Positions 48,389-59,087 of a stretch of DNA of 64,000 nucleotides are shown piece by piece. The DNA is from Hyaloraphidium curvatum SAG 235-1 (Eukaryota > Fungi > Monoblepharomycota): assembly GCA_025558095.1 (NCBI GenBank), contig JAIVFI010000044.1:191022-255021 (forward strand). Direction: 5' to 3'. Positions within the stretch are counted from its first letter, which is position 1; each line of letters starts with the position of its first letter. Made by a program: the position numbers and the translations under genes. A model generated the notes under the pieces. It was not told the DNA's origin, ran no database searches, and was given only the letters and a program-made list of their open reading frames with translations.

Positions 48389-48896
48389 GCGGCCCGTGAA
48401 GCCTCGAAGTGCTGCGGCGACCGGTGTGCGTGTGGGCGAGTGCGGATTCGAGAAGGACCCCTTCCTTTATGGGGCGGCCGCCGCGAGGCTGTGCCCGGCG
48501 GTGCGTTTGATCGCTTTCCGAGTAGGCCGGAGGTCGCCGTGCCAACCGGACTCCGAAGACTTGCGGTTGCTGAATGGCTCTTTGATTGGTGCCCTTTGAG
48601 CCCTTCTGGGCGGGAGCCGCCTTGGTTGCACGAAAAGGTGTTGCACGTGCCGGCCCAACAGCCCATCACCGACCGCAGACGACCAAGCGGCACGGCTTGC
48701 TTGAACTGCAAATGGACTCCTTTCATCATGTGGGAGTGACGGATGGATTCACATGTTCACCTTTTGAGCAATCACCTGCGTGCCTGTGTGGCAACGCAGG
48801 CCTCCCCTTGCCACCATGAGACAGCACGCGCGCGCGCGCGACGACTGTCTCCCTGGAACGCTTCGGCCCTCGAATCTCGAGGAAGTTTGCGGAAGA

Positions 48897-49936
48897 ATGT
48901 CTACCGTGACCATTGATCTCGCAAGTCTGCCCCGCTCCACCTCGGCCATCGCGTGGAACCGGCGCGATACCATACTCTACAACATCGGCATCGGATGCTC
49001 GGAGCTCAAGTATACCTACGAGCTGGACAAGGACTTTCAGCTATTCCCCATTCCCGATCAACATACAGTTCAAGGGGACTTCCGTTGACGTGACGGATTT
49101 CGTCGAGCTCGTGAAGCAATCCGCGGTCGTCATCCCGGGAATCAAGCAGAACTTCCGGGGACAGCTCGCGGGCGACCTCACCTTGGAGTTCCTGGCTCCC
49201 CTGCCTGTGGCAGAGGCGAACGCGACCCTGGAGCGCCGCGTGACGGGCGTCTGGGACGGCGGGAAGCACCTCATTACGGACTCGGAGAGCCTGCTGAAGG
49301 ACGGTAACGGGAAGCCGCTGTTCAGGCAGCTGGGATGCGGGTTCTCGCTCGGCGGCGGCGGGTGGGGCGGGCCCAAGCGTCCCATTGATCCTCTCGACGC
49401 GCTGCCGGCTCTTTCGGGCGCCCCACACAAGACGGTGGGTGGACACAGGGGTTTACGGACTCGGCTTGTGGCTCATGGGCCTGTGGCCTTTTCCAGGTCG
49501 AGCTGCAGACCAATCTCAACCAGGCAATGATCTTCAGGCTCACTGGCGACTTCAACCCCCACCACGTTGATCCCGTGGTAACGAAGAAAAATGGCTACGA
49601 CAAGCCCATACTTCATGGTCCCTGCACGGTGAGTTGCGCGCAGGGCTCCAGGACCCATAATGACCACCCCAACCACGACAGATCGGCTTCGCCTGCCGCG
49701 CCGTCGTCTACGCCTTCTGCGATGGCGTTGCCCGGCGTCTCCGCATGGTCCATTGCCGCTTCGCCTCGCCCGTCATTCCCGGGGACTTGCTCCGGACGGA
49801 GCTTTGGGACGCCTCGGATTCGGGACTGCCCCTTGCGGAGGAGAAGAAGAAGGAGGGACAGAAGCTGGTGCGGTTCCGTGTCATGGTCGGGGACAGGGTG
49901 GTCGTGAGCAACGGGGTGGCGGCGATCTCTGCGTAG
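48897..49936 (+). CDS. Second MaoC-type enoyl-CoA hydratase 2; frameshift near 49050
   Basis: [26 protein letters not shown]; [15 protein letters not shown]; [10 protein letters not shown]; [10 protein letters not shown]; 2 introns. Confidence 0.85.
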
Positions 49937-50179
49937 CATAGTGACCTGCTTCACGTTGCGATACAGCCAGTAGACCCCCAAGCTCTGACAGTCCGGTCTG
50001 CGCCAAGCACGCGGGATAGCATAGTACTTAGCTATTTCCTACGCGTGATAAATCGTGTGCGGGACTGCGAGAACTGCTTGCAGCTTGGCGGTGTGATGAC
50101 ACACAACGTGCTCGCAACTGAGGGACCACGCGTCCACCGCGTCCCGGCCGTCGGATCTTCTCCCGCCTCACCATTTGCT

Positions 50180-50886
50180 ATGATACAGCATGCGCAATGG
50201 GGTGCGGCGTGGGCGCTTGTGGTCGCGACCGCCATAGTGCTCGCGACCTTGGGAAAGGTGACGCGGCCTTGTCCCCCAAGTTCTGTAGCTGACCATGCCC
50301 CTCTCCGTCGCAGCAATGTGCCGCAGTGGCAACCCTAAAGCAGCAAAGCGTGCTGTTTGCAGCGTCCTGCAGTGATTGCCCCGACGGCGCGTTCTGCGAC
50401 TACGATGGCAGCACCCCTGAAGGCCAAGTCACTTGCACCACCACAATCGACTCAGGCGAAGGCAGGAGGCTTCGATACCGTTCGTACAGCCTTCAATTGG
50501 GCCAGGCCTGTGTGAGCAACGCGGAGTGCTCGTCCACCTACTGCGTGGAGAGTGTCTGCTGCAACATCGCGTGCACCGGGACGTGCATGAGCTGTCTTGC
50601 CGCGCGCACCGGTGGAGTCACAGGCGCATGCACTGGCACCCTGTGGGCCCGGGATTTCAAGAAAGAGTGCACCACAGACGGGTGTTTTGGCCCCGGCCCG
50701 TGTGAATGCGGCAGGACCTGCAACGGATACGGTGCCTGTGCCATCACCGCCATCGATATCCCATGCGGAGGACCGCGGTGCAATACGCCCACCGTCACCA
50801 ACAGATATTGCGATGGAATCGGCAATTGCACCGTCCGCGACTCCACAGTCTGCGGTGGCGGATGCACAGAGTCCGGATGCAGCTAG
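50180..50886 (+). CDS. Secreted cysteine-rich protein with myxobacterial-type Cys repeats
   Basis: Signal peptide WGAAWALVVATAIVLA; one intron; LGQACVSNAECSSTYCVESVCCNIACTGTCMSC..CNGYGAC..CDGIGNC. Confidence 0.78.
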
Positions 50887-51025
50887 CCTGCGCTCGTCGG
50901 GCAAGGTGCGTTGCAGATGAGGCATAACGGTCATGCAAATCTAATCTGGCGCGCAGATTGAAGCGTGATGACGTGGTGCAGCAGAGAGATTGGAGTGAGG
51001 TCCAGCAGCATTGAATGTCAATCCA

Positions 51026-51313
51026 TCACACCCGTACAGTCACCGTCCTCGACCCGCTCCTCAGCGGCAGCTCCGTCCTCACCGTACGCGTGATGCCGCC
51101 GAGCTTCACCTCGACCGCGTGCACGACGTAGAACGCCTTGACCACTAGTCTCCCGTCCCTCCCCGTCCGCCCCGCCGTCCGAGTCCACCATTCGCCCCTG
51201 ATCAGCCGCATCAGCGCGTTGTACGCGGGCTTGGACGACATGTCCGCGCGCAGCAGCCCCGCTGGAGCGTTGAGCCACGCGCCGCGATCGGAGAGGGCCA
51301 AGTCGACATCCAA
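51026..51313 (-). pseudogene. C-terminal remnant of a bacterial-type GH10 glycoside hydrolase
   Basis: LSDRGAWLNAPAGLLRADMSSKPAYNALMRLIRGEWWT..GRTGRDGRL..AFY; no ATG or upstream catalytic barrel; abuts the KGD1 stop. Confidence 0.72.
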
Positions 51314-51363
51314 GAAACGCTCTAAACCTTGCCACGGCTACGGCACATCAATACATGGCACGC

Positions 51364-54300
51364 CTAAATGTAGTCCAGCCCCTTCCACTTGGGGTCCTCA
51401 CTCTTGCCGAACGCGTCCCGGACAAAGGCCTCCAGCTCGGCGTAGTGCTTCTTCTTGGAGCCCGTGGCCGGCGCAGCGGAGGGCGCGCGGCCAGCATAGC
51501 GCTAGAATGGGGCGGAGCGCGATGAGCGGGGTCCGGCACCGGCTCGCTAGGAGGGACCCACGATCTCGATGGCGGGCTTGCCCGCCGACTCGGTCTTGGT
51601 CAGCAGCAGCCTCGGCCGGACAAAGGACCACGCGCCCTGGTTGCGCGGCTCCTCCTGGCACCAGACGAGCTCGGCGTTGGGGTACTTGTTCATCTCGATG
51701 AGGACGTGGAGGAAGGGGAAGGGGGAGAGCTGCTCGATGCGGACGATGGCGACGTCCTGAGCGGGAAAGGTCAGCACGAGCAGCCTCTGACGGCGGGCAG
51801 ATGAGCCAGACCTTGAAGGAGTTCTTGTCCCTGGCCTTGGTGAGGTCGTAGTACACCTTGCCCGTGCAGAAGATGACCTGGCGGACCTTGTCCCCGTCCA
51901 CGAGGTCCGGGAGCTGGTCGGGGATCACGTTCATGACGCGCTTGCCCGGGCCGAACTCCTCCAGGTCCGACACGCAGTAGGGGGCCTTTAGCAGAGACTT
52001 GGGGCTCATCATGACCAGCGGCTTGCGGAACATGCGGTGGACCTGCCGCCGGAGCAGGTGGTACAGGTTGGCCGGCGTCGTCGGGTTGGCCACGACCATG
52101 TTGATGTTCTGCGTCTGCTTCATCAGCGTCGCCGAGATGGCCGCGGGGTCCAGGCTGTCGTATTCGGGGAACTCGGTGGGCTCCTCGTTGACGGCCTGGA
52201 GGAAGCGCTCCAGGCGGGCCGACGAGTGCTCGGGGCCCTGGCCCTCGAAGCCGTGGGGGAGGAGGAGGACGAGGCCGGACTGGCGGTACCACTTGTGCTC
52301 GGCCGAGGAGACGAACTGGTCGATCATGATCTGGGCGCCGTTGACTGGACGAAAGTCAGACACAGCGCCAACGACGGCACCGCGAGGATGGAGCCCACCG
52401 AAGTCGCCGAACTGCGCCTCCCAGATGACCAGGGCGTTGGGGTTCTCGAGCGAGTACCCGTACTCGAAGCCCATGACGCCGTACTCGGACAGCGACGAGT
52501 TGACGACGGTGAAGTTGGACATGCCCGTGGGCTTGCGGCTGATGTTGGCCAGGGCGCAGTGCCGCGCCTCGGTCTCCTGGTCGTAGATGACCGCGTGCCG
52601 GTGCGAGAAGGTGCCGCGCTCGCAGTCCTGGCCCGACAGCCGGACGTGGTAGCCCTCGTTGAGCAGCGACCCGAAGGTGAGCGTCTCGGCGGCGCCCCAG
52701 TCGAGCGCCTTGCCGGTCTGGTACATCTTGCGGCGGGCGTCGTAGATCTGCTGGATCTTGCGGTGCGGGCGGAAGTTGCTCGGCACGTCCGTGGCCATGA
52801 TCCCGACCTCCTTGAGCACCTCGGTCGGCACGCCTGTCTCCTGGCGCGTGGCCAGCTGCGACGGCTTTAGCATGGCCGACCACGAGTCCTTGAGCCAGTC
52901 CGAGGGGGGCTCGTACGCGGCCTGGGAGGTCATGTCGTACTGCGAGTTGCAGAGGGCCATGTACTTGGCCTCGACCTCGGCGATGGTGCCCTGGTCAAAG
53001 GTGCCCTCCTTGAGCAGCGTCTCGCGGTACTGCTCCAGCGTCGACGGCGTCCGCGCGATCTTCTTGTACATGATGGGCTGCGTGAACATGGGCTCGTCGA
53101 TCTCGTTGTGGCCGTGCCGGCGGTAGCTGAAGATGTCGATCACGACCTCGTCCCGGAAGGTCTGCCGGAAGTCCATCGCGGCCTCGGCGGCCCACACCAC
53201 GGCCTCGGGGTCGTCACCGTTGACGTGGAAGATGGGGGCCTGGAAGCCCTTGGCGATGTCGGTGGGGTAGGGCGAGGAGCGCGAGAACTTGGGGTTGGTG
53301 GTGAAGCCGATCTGGTTGTTGACGACTATGTGGATGCAGCCGCCGACGGTGTAGTCGGGCAGGTCGTTGAGGTTGATGGTCTCGGCCACCACGCCCTGGC
53401 CCGCAAAGGCTGTGGGTTCGAGACAAATGCCCATCAGCAACCGCGTTCACTGACGGCGAGGACGAGACCCACCAGCATCACCGTGCATCAGGATCGACAT
53501 GCTCTTCTCAAACATGTAGTCGTCGTCCCAGAACTGCTTGGCCCTCGTCTTACCGATCACCACGGGGTTCACGGCCTCGAGGTGCGACGGGTTCGACACG
53601 AGCGAGAGGTGGATCTCCTTGCCGGAGGCCATGACGCGGTCCGTCGACGCGCCCAGGTGGTACATGACGTCCCCGGAGCCCTCGACGTCCTCGTTGTTCT
53701 GCGTGCCCTTCTTGTCCTCGAACTCGGCGAACATCTTGTACATGGGCTTCTTCATCACGTTGGCCAGCACGTTGAGCCGCCCGCGGTGGGGCATCCCCAG
53801 GATCGCCGTCTCGATGCCCAGCTCCGTGCCGCGCTCGAGGATGGCCTCGAGGCAGGGGATCAGCGACTCGGCGCCCTCGAGGCCGAAGCGCTTGGTGAAG
53901 GGGTACTTCTTGGCCAGGTAGCTCTCGAACTTGTCGCCCCAGGTCAGCCACGCGAGGATCATCTTCTTCTTCTCGGGGGTGAAGGTGCGCGCGCGCTCCT
54001 CGAGCTAAATTGGGGGGCGCGTTACTTATGAAAAGGCGGAGCGGGGCAGAACAGCCCACCTTCTTCTGGATCCAGTCCTTCCGCGCCACGTCCTGCATGT
54101 GCATGTACTCGACGCCCACGGTGCTGCAGTACGTGTACTTGAGCTTGTCCACGATCTCCCCGAGGGTCAACCACCCGTCTGCCGTTCGGGGTCAGGGCGT
54201 GCCGGGGGTGCGCCACCCCGCGGGGACCCACCTCCGGGGGCCAGCGGCGCGCCGACGAAGAACTTGCGGCCCAGGTCCGCCTCGGTGAATCCCCAGAACT

Positions 54301-54811
54301 TGTAGTCCAGCTCTGCGTAGGGCGGGCGGTTCCACAGGCCCAGGGGGTCGAGGTTGGCCGACAGGTGGCCGAAGACGCGGAACGAGCGGATGAGCTCCAT
54401 CACTTGGGAGGGGGGGCGTTTCAGCGGCGATGCGGGCGCGGTGGGGGTCCACGCACGCTTGACCTGCTCCTGCAGCAGCTTCGGGGTGACCACGGCCTCC
54501 GGGGCGGCGACCTGCACGCCGGGAGCCACCGCCACGAACTGGTGGCTCTCCAGCGCGTTGAAGTACGCGCCCCAGTCTGCGGGCACCGACGCCGGGTTCT
54601 GCCGCCACGAGTCGTAGATGCTCTCGAGGACCGCGGCGCTCGTGCCGTTGGCGAACGCGTCCTGGCCGGGCGCCGCCGTGGCGAGCGCGCGCGCCGGGCG
54701 GAGGCGGCAGGGCGCGGCGCGGGGCGCCGCCGCGGCACGCAGCGGGGCGGCACTCGGCCGCGCCCGCAAGACGAGCCCGGCGGCGCGGCGGGCGGCGCTG
54801 GCGAGATGCAT
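51364..54811 (-). CDS. KGD1: 2-oxoglutarate dehydrogenase E1 (mitochondrial)
   Basis: Arg/Ala presequence; [11 protein letters not shown]; [10 protein letters not shown]; [11 protein letters not shown]; NPSHLEAV; HGDA/AFAGQG; [17 protein letters not shown]; WEAQFGDF; [14 protein letters not shown]; WCQEEP.N.G; [13 protein letters not shown]. Confidence 0.97.
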
Positions 54812-55230
54812 CGTGCCCTGGATGTTGGGAGACCGCTGGCCCCGACTTGCTCCGATGCGGCGTCGTGAGGACCCGCAAACACTGTCACGGCTTCACCCCG
54901 ATTTGCCCCCCCCTTGGCCCATGGCCGTAGTCATCTAGAGCCGATGTAGCATCAGAGCGATATGGTCATTCGTTCTCTCTCCCTTTTGAACTGTCGCCTC
55001 GGGGCTGGCGCCTGAAGTCCGTCGATCGGGACCCTGGACGCCACCTCGTACGGATGCAAGCCATCGCACGGATGCCGCAGCACAAATGCCGTACTTCAAT
55101 CATCCTTGTGGGATGGATCGGCCCAATGAGAAGCTAGAATGTTGGCGAGCGAAGGGGACGTGCGGCGGAACTTGCCGCGTCTTTGCCACGCTCCGCTGCC
55201 TCCCACCATTCTCCGTCCCTGAACGCCAGC

Positions 55231-57748
55231 ATGGCCAGCTTCGACGCCGTCGCCCACCTGGAGCCGTACGGCCCGTCGGGCCCCGAGTCTCTCGCCGCCG
55301 AGCGCGCCGGCGCCAGCTTCCCCGTGGGCGCCATGGAGTCCGTCGTGCGCGCCCCCGACGAGCTGGCGATACGGAGGACCGTGCTCCGCCGCCTGGAGTC
55401 AGAACTGCTCTTCACGCGGCTGCACTTTTCCCTGCCGCACCACGAGCAGGTCCGCGTGTCGGTCGAAAGGACGGCGAGGCTGGCCGAGATCAGCAGGGAG
55501 GAGCGGTGGGGGATGCAGGAGTGGAACACGGCGCTTGGCTTCGTGGAGCACGGGCAACCGCTGACGCTCACCACGACCATTTTCGGTGGGCTCGGAAAGC
55601 TGCGTCGGCGGGCTTTGGCGTCGGGTCCTGACGCCACGGCCGCAGTCTCGATCATCGAAACCGAGGCCACGGACGAGCAGCGGAAGGAGCTTCTTGAAAA
55701 AGTCGCGAACTTCAACATCATCGGCTCTTATGCCCAGACGGAGCTGGGCCATGGGTCCAATGTGCAGGGCCTGGAAACCGAGGTTCATTACATCCAGGAA
55801 GACGACTGCTTCGAGGTTCGCTCACCGTTCCTGACCTCGGCCAAATGGTGCGTAGCAGTCCCAGTTCGGACTGTTGGTTCGCTTCCTGGCAGCCTAGTAA
55901 CCCCCCGCCCGGCGCTGTCGCAGGTGGATCGGAGCTCTGGGCAAGTCCGCGACCCACGTTGCCCTCATGGCGCGCCTGGTCGTCGGCGGCCGCAACCGTG
56001 GCCCGCACAACTTTGTCTTCCGCATCCGCGACGAAAGAACGCACGAGCCTCTCCCGGGGGTCTTCGTCGGCGACATCGGGTCCAAGTACGGCAACCAGGG
56101 GATCGACAACGGCTTCTGCGTCTTCACCAACTTCCGCATACCGAAGACGGCGCTGCTGTCGCGCTTCTCCAAGGTGTCGAGGGACGGGAAGTACGTCCGC
56201 GACATCTCGGGGCGGATCGTCTACACCGCCATGTGGGTTGTTGGCATGGCAAGCCCGATCGTCGCCAGCTCACGCATTCCGCCGTCGCAGGATGATGATT
56301 CGCGCTTATATGGTCCGCGGCGCCGCCGCCTCCCTCGCCAAATCCGTCACCATCGCCACCCGATTCTCCGCCGTTCGCCGCCAGACGGCCGCCAACGACC
56401 CCTCGGCCTTCAACGACTCTGTCGGCGCGGCCTGGTCCGCGCGCACCGGCCTCCCCGCCGAAACCCGCATCATCGACCACTCCCAGCAGACCCACCGGCT
56501 GTGCTACCGCCTCGCCGAGGCTTATGCTTTGCAATTCGTCGGCCGGGACATGATGCAGCGGCAGTACGCGGAATACGAGGACCTGCTGCGGCGGGATCCG
56601 GCGGCGGCCGAGGCGATGCAGCCCGAGGTGCACGCCACCGCGAGCTCGCTCAAGGCCCTGTGCACGGACATGGCGTACGCGGGGATCGACGACATGCGGC
56701 GGGCGTGCGGGGGCCACGGGTACTCGGAGTTCAGCGGGATCAGCAACAACGATTACGGTGCGCGGCCGTGCGCTGTTTTGCCTGTCCATCTGACGCATTC
56801 ATTCTCGCGCAGGAATCATGGTCACCGGTGAAGGAGACAACTGGATGATCGCGCTGCAGTGCGCGCGCTACCTCCACAAGGCAATGGTCGCCATGCGCAC
56901 CGGCAAGAAGGGCGCGGCCGTCGGGACGCCCACGACCGCCTACCTTCTCGAGGCCGCACGGCCTCCTCCCGGGGGCGCGACAAAATGCGCGGCAGCGAGG
57001 CCGGCGGACCTGCTTGACGCCGACACGCTCGTCAAGATCTTTGCCGCGCGCGCGGGGAGGCTGGTCGCGTGGTATGCGGACGAGGTGGATGCGGGGGTCG
57101 CGCCCACGGCGCTGCAGTGGGAGGTGGGCTCCCCGTGTGCAGATGGATGCATGCATGCGTGCGTCCAGCCGTCGCTCGTCCCCGACTCAGCGCCCCGCCC
57201 GTCACGCAGGGCAACATGATTTCCAAGGCCCACGGCCAGTTCATCATCGCCTCGAGCTTCGCGGAGCAGCTCCGCCTCCTGCGCGGGCGCATCGACGCCG
57301 GGGCGTGGGCGGCGCTGGAGCGCCTGCTCTTTCTGTACTGCCTCTCCACGGTCGAGGCCGAACCCGCGTTCGCGACCAACGGGTACCTTTCGGGGGAGCA
57401 GCTCGGATGGGTGCGCCGGCTCGTGAGGGGGTTGGTCGCGGAGGTGAGGAAGGACGCGGTGGCGCTGACTGATGCGTGGGGTGGGTGTGCTGGGCGCCGC
57501 GCGGGGTGCATGCGAAGCTGATCGGACGGGCAGGGTTCACGGACTGGGAGCTCAAGTCCGCGCTGGGGCGGTACGACGGCAGGGTGTACGAGACGCTGTT
57601 CAAGTGGGCGATCGCGGATCCGCTCAACCAGGGGAACAACTACCCAGTCGCAAGCTTCATCGGCAGCACGTACAGGCCCATGCTAGATAATGATGGTAGC
57701 AAGGGCCCCGTGATCTCGGGCATGCTCCCGGTGAAGGCAAGGTTGTAG
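55231..57748 (+). CDS. POX1: Peroxisomal acyl-CoA oxidase, PTS1 ARL
   Basis: GSYAQTELGHGSNVQGLET; SAKW/WIG; VGDIGSK..IDNG; TIATRFSAVRRQ; RRACGGHGYS; GEGDN; SALGRYDGRVYE; ends VKARL*. Confidence 0.95.
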
Positions 57749-58073
57749 GCGTGCCTGTAGAGCTTCAAAAACGGTGCTTTCATTGATCACGCGTACAGAA
57801 AGAATCATCATGCAGAAAACGCCTCGCAGCTTCACACAAAGCCTCATACAGAATAAGGGGAAACAGACAGAACCGCCCAACAACACGGGCAGGAACATTC
57901 TACATTGCGCCGTCGGGGCCCAAAACAAGGCCGCCGGGCCCGGGCCCGCGCCGGCGGCGTTCGCGACACGGAAGGGTGGCGGAGCGGTATGTACACGCGG
58001 CTTGCCCCACGGGGGAACCGCGATCGGAGCCTTGTGCGGCACACGGCCGCATTGCGGGTGCGGCGCGAGGCCG

Positions 58074-58911
58074 CTATGAGGAGATGGAACCCTGCCGGTA
58101 CCGCTTGGTCGGCGGCAGCGGGACCGCCGGCGGCGGGTGCCCGTGTGCGCCGGGTTCGTCCGGTGGCGGCGCATCCGCGTTTGCCGGGGTGGGCGGCGAG
58201 ACGAGGGTAGTCGGCACCGCGGGCGGTGCAGGCGCCGGGGCGGGGTCGCGGTCGCCCCGGTCGGTGCCGCCGTCGTCCATGTCCTCGTCCTTCTCGGCCA
58301 TCACCGTGTCGGGCGTGGGCGGGCCCGAGGGCGGTGCGTCGTCCGACGAGCGGCGGGGGGCGAGGGAGCGCGCGGGCGAGGCGGTTTGGGGGTCGGAGGC
58401 GTCGCCGTCGTCGTCATGGTGCGGCTCGGGCGAGCACGAGGCGCGCGTGGAGCTCAGCGCCATCAGCAGCTCGACGGCCTCGGTCTCTGCCTCGGGGCTG
58501 AGCGACGCCCGGGCTGGAATCGGGTTGTTTTTTGTGGGAAGTGCACCGCGGTGAGTGCGCAGTTGGGAGGTCACGCGGACACGGCCACCCACCCCGCTTT
58601 GCGCCGCCCGGCGGCTCGCGGTCCGGCAGCGCGTCGCGACGCGGACTGTGCGGAAGCGCCTCCCTGCGCGGCGACGGCGGGGCGTCGAAGATGTCTGCGA
58701 CCTCGCGGAACGTCTTGCCCTCGAGGCCGCGCGCGACCTTGAAGCCCGCGAACCGCAGCCGCGTCGACAAGGTGTGCGACATCTTGAAGGCTTCCGCCCG
58801 CGTGACAAACACCGGCAGCAGCTCGGCCGGCAGCGCCGCCGGCCCCGCCGCCCGGTGGTGGCGCGGCTGCGCGGGGGACGCCGCGCGCGCACCTTCCGCG
58901 GGAACAGCCAT
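58074..58911 (-). CDS. Whi5/Nrm1-like G1/S transcriptional co-repressor
   Basis: GTB-like motif LSTRLRFAGFKVARGLEGKTFREVA; several SP/TP CDK sites; EAVELLMALSS; 1 intron. Confidence 0.75.
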
Positions 58912-59087
58912 CGTGCCGGCGATTCGGGCTCCCGCGGAGGCCTCAGGCACGCGCGGACGCGTGGGGCGTCGCGCGGAACGCGTCGGCTGCGGCTGTCGAC
59001 GCGGTTCGAGGAGGGCAACTCAAATCGGCTGCGGACCCAAACATGCAACCATCACCTCGATCGGCTCCATCCCAACCCCTGGAACTC

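Noticed and set aside
49934-50020. Stop-codon readthrough creating a cryptic PTS1 on hydratase-2b (also checked for OYE and KGD1)
   Set aside because: The readthrough extensions do not end in an SKL-like tripeptide and lack the TGA-CTA context.
54990-55010. CCTCGG/CCGAGG (FarA-type) sites upstream of the acyl-CoA oxidase and at 13565 upstream of the monooxygenase
   Set aside because: The hexamer is common by chance in DNA this GC-rich; no enrichment can be shown.
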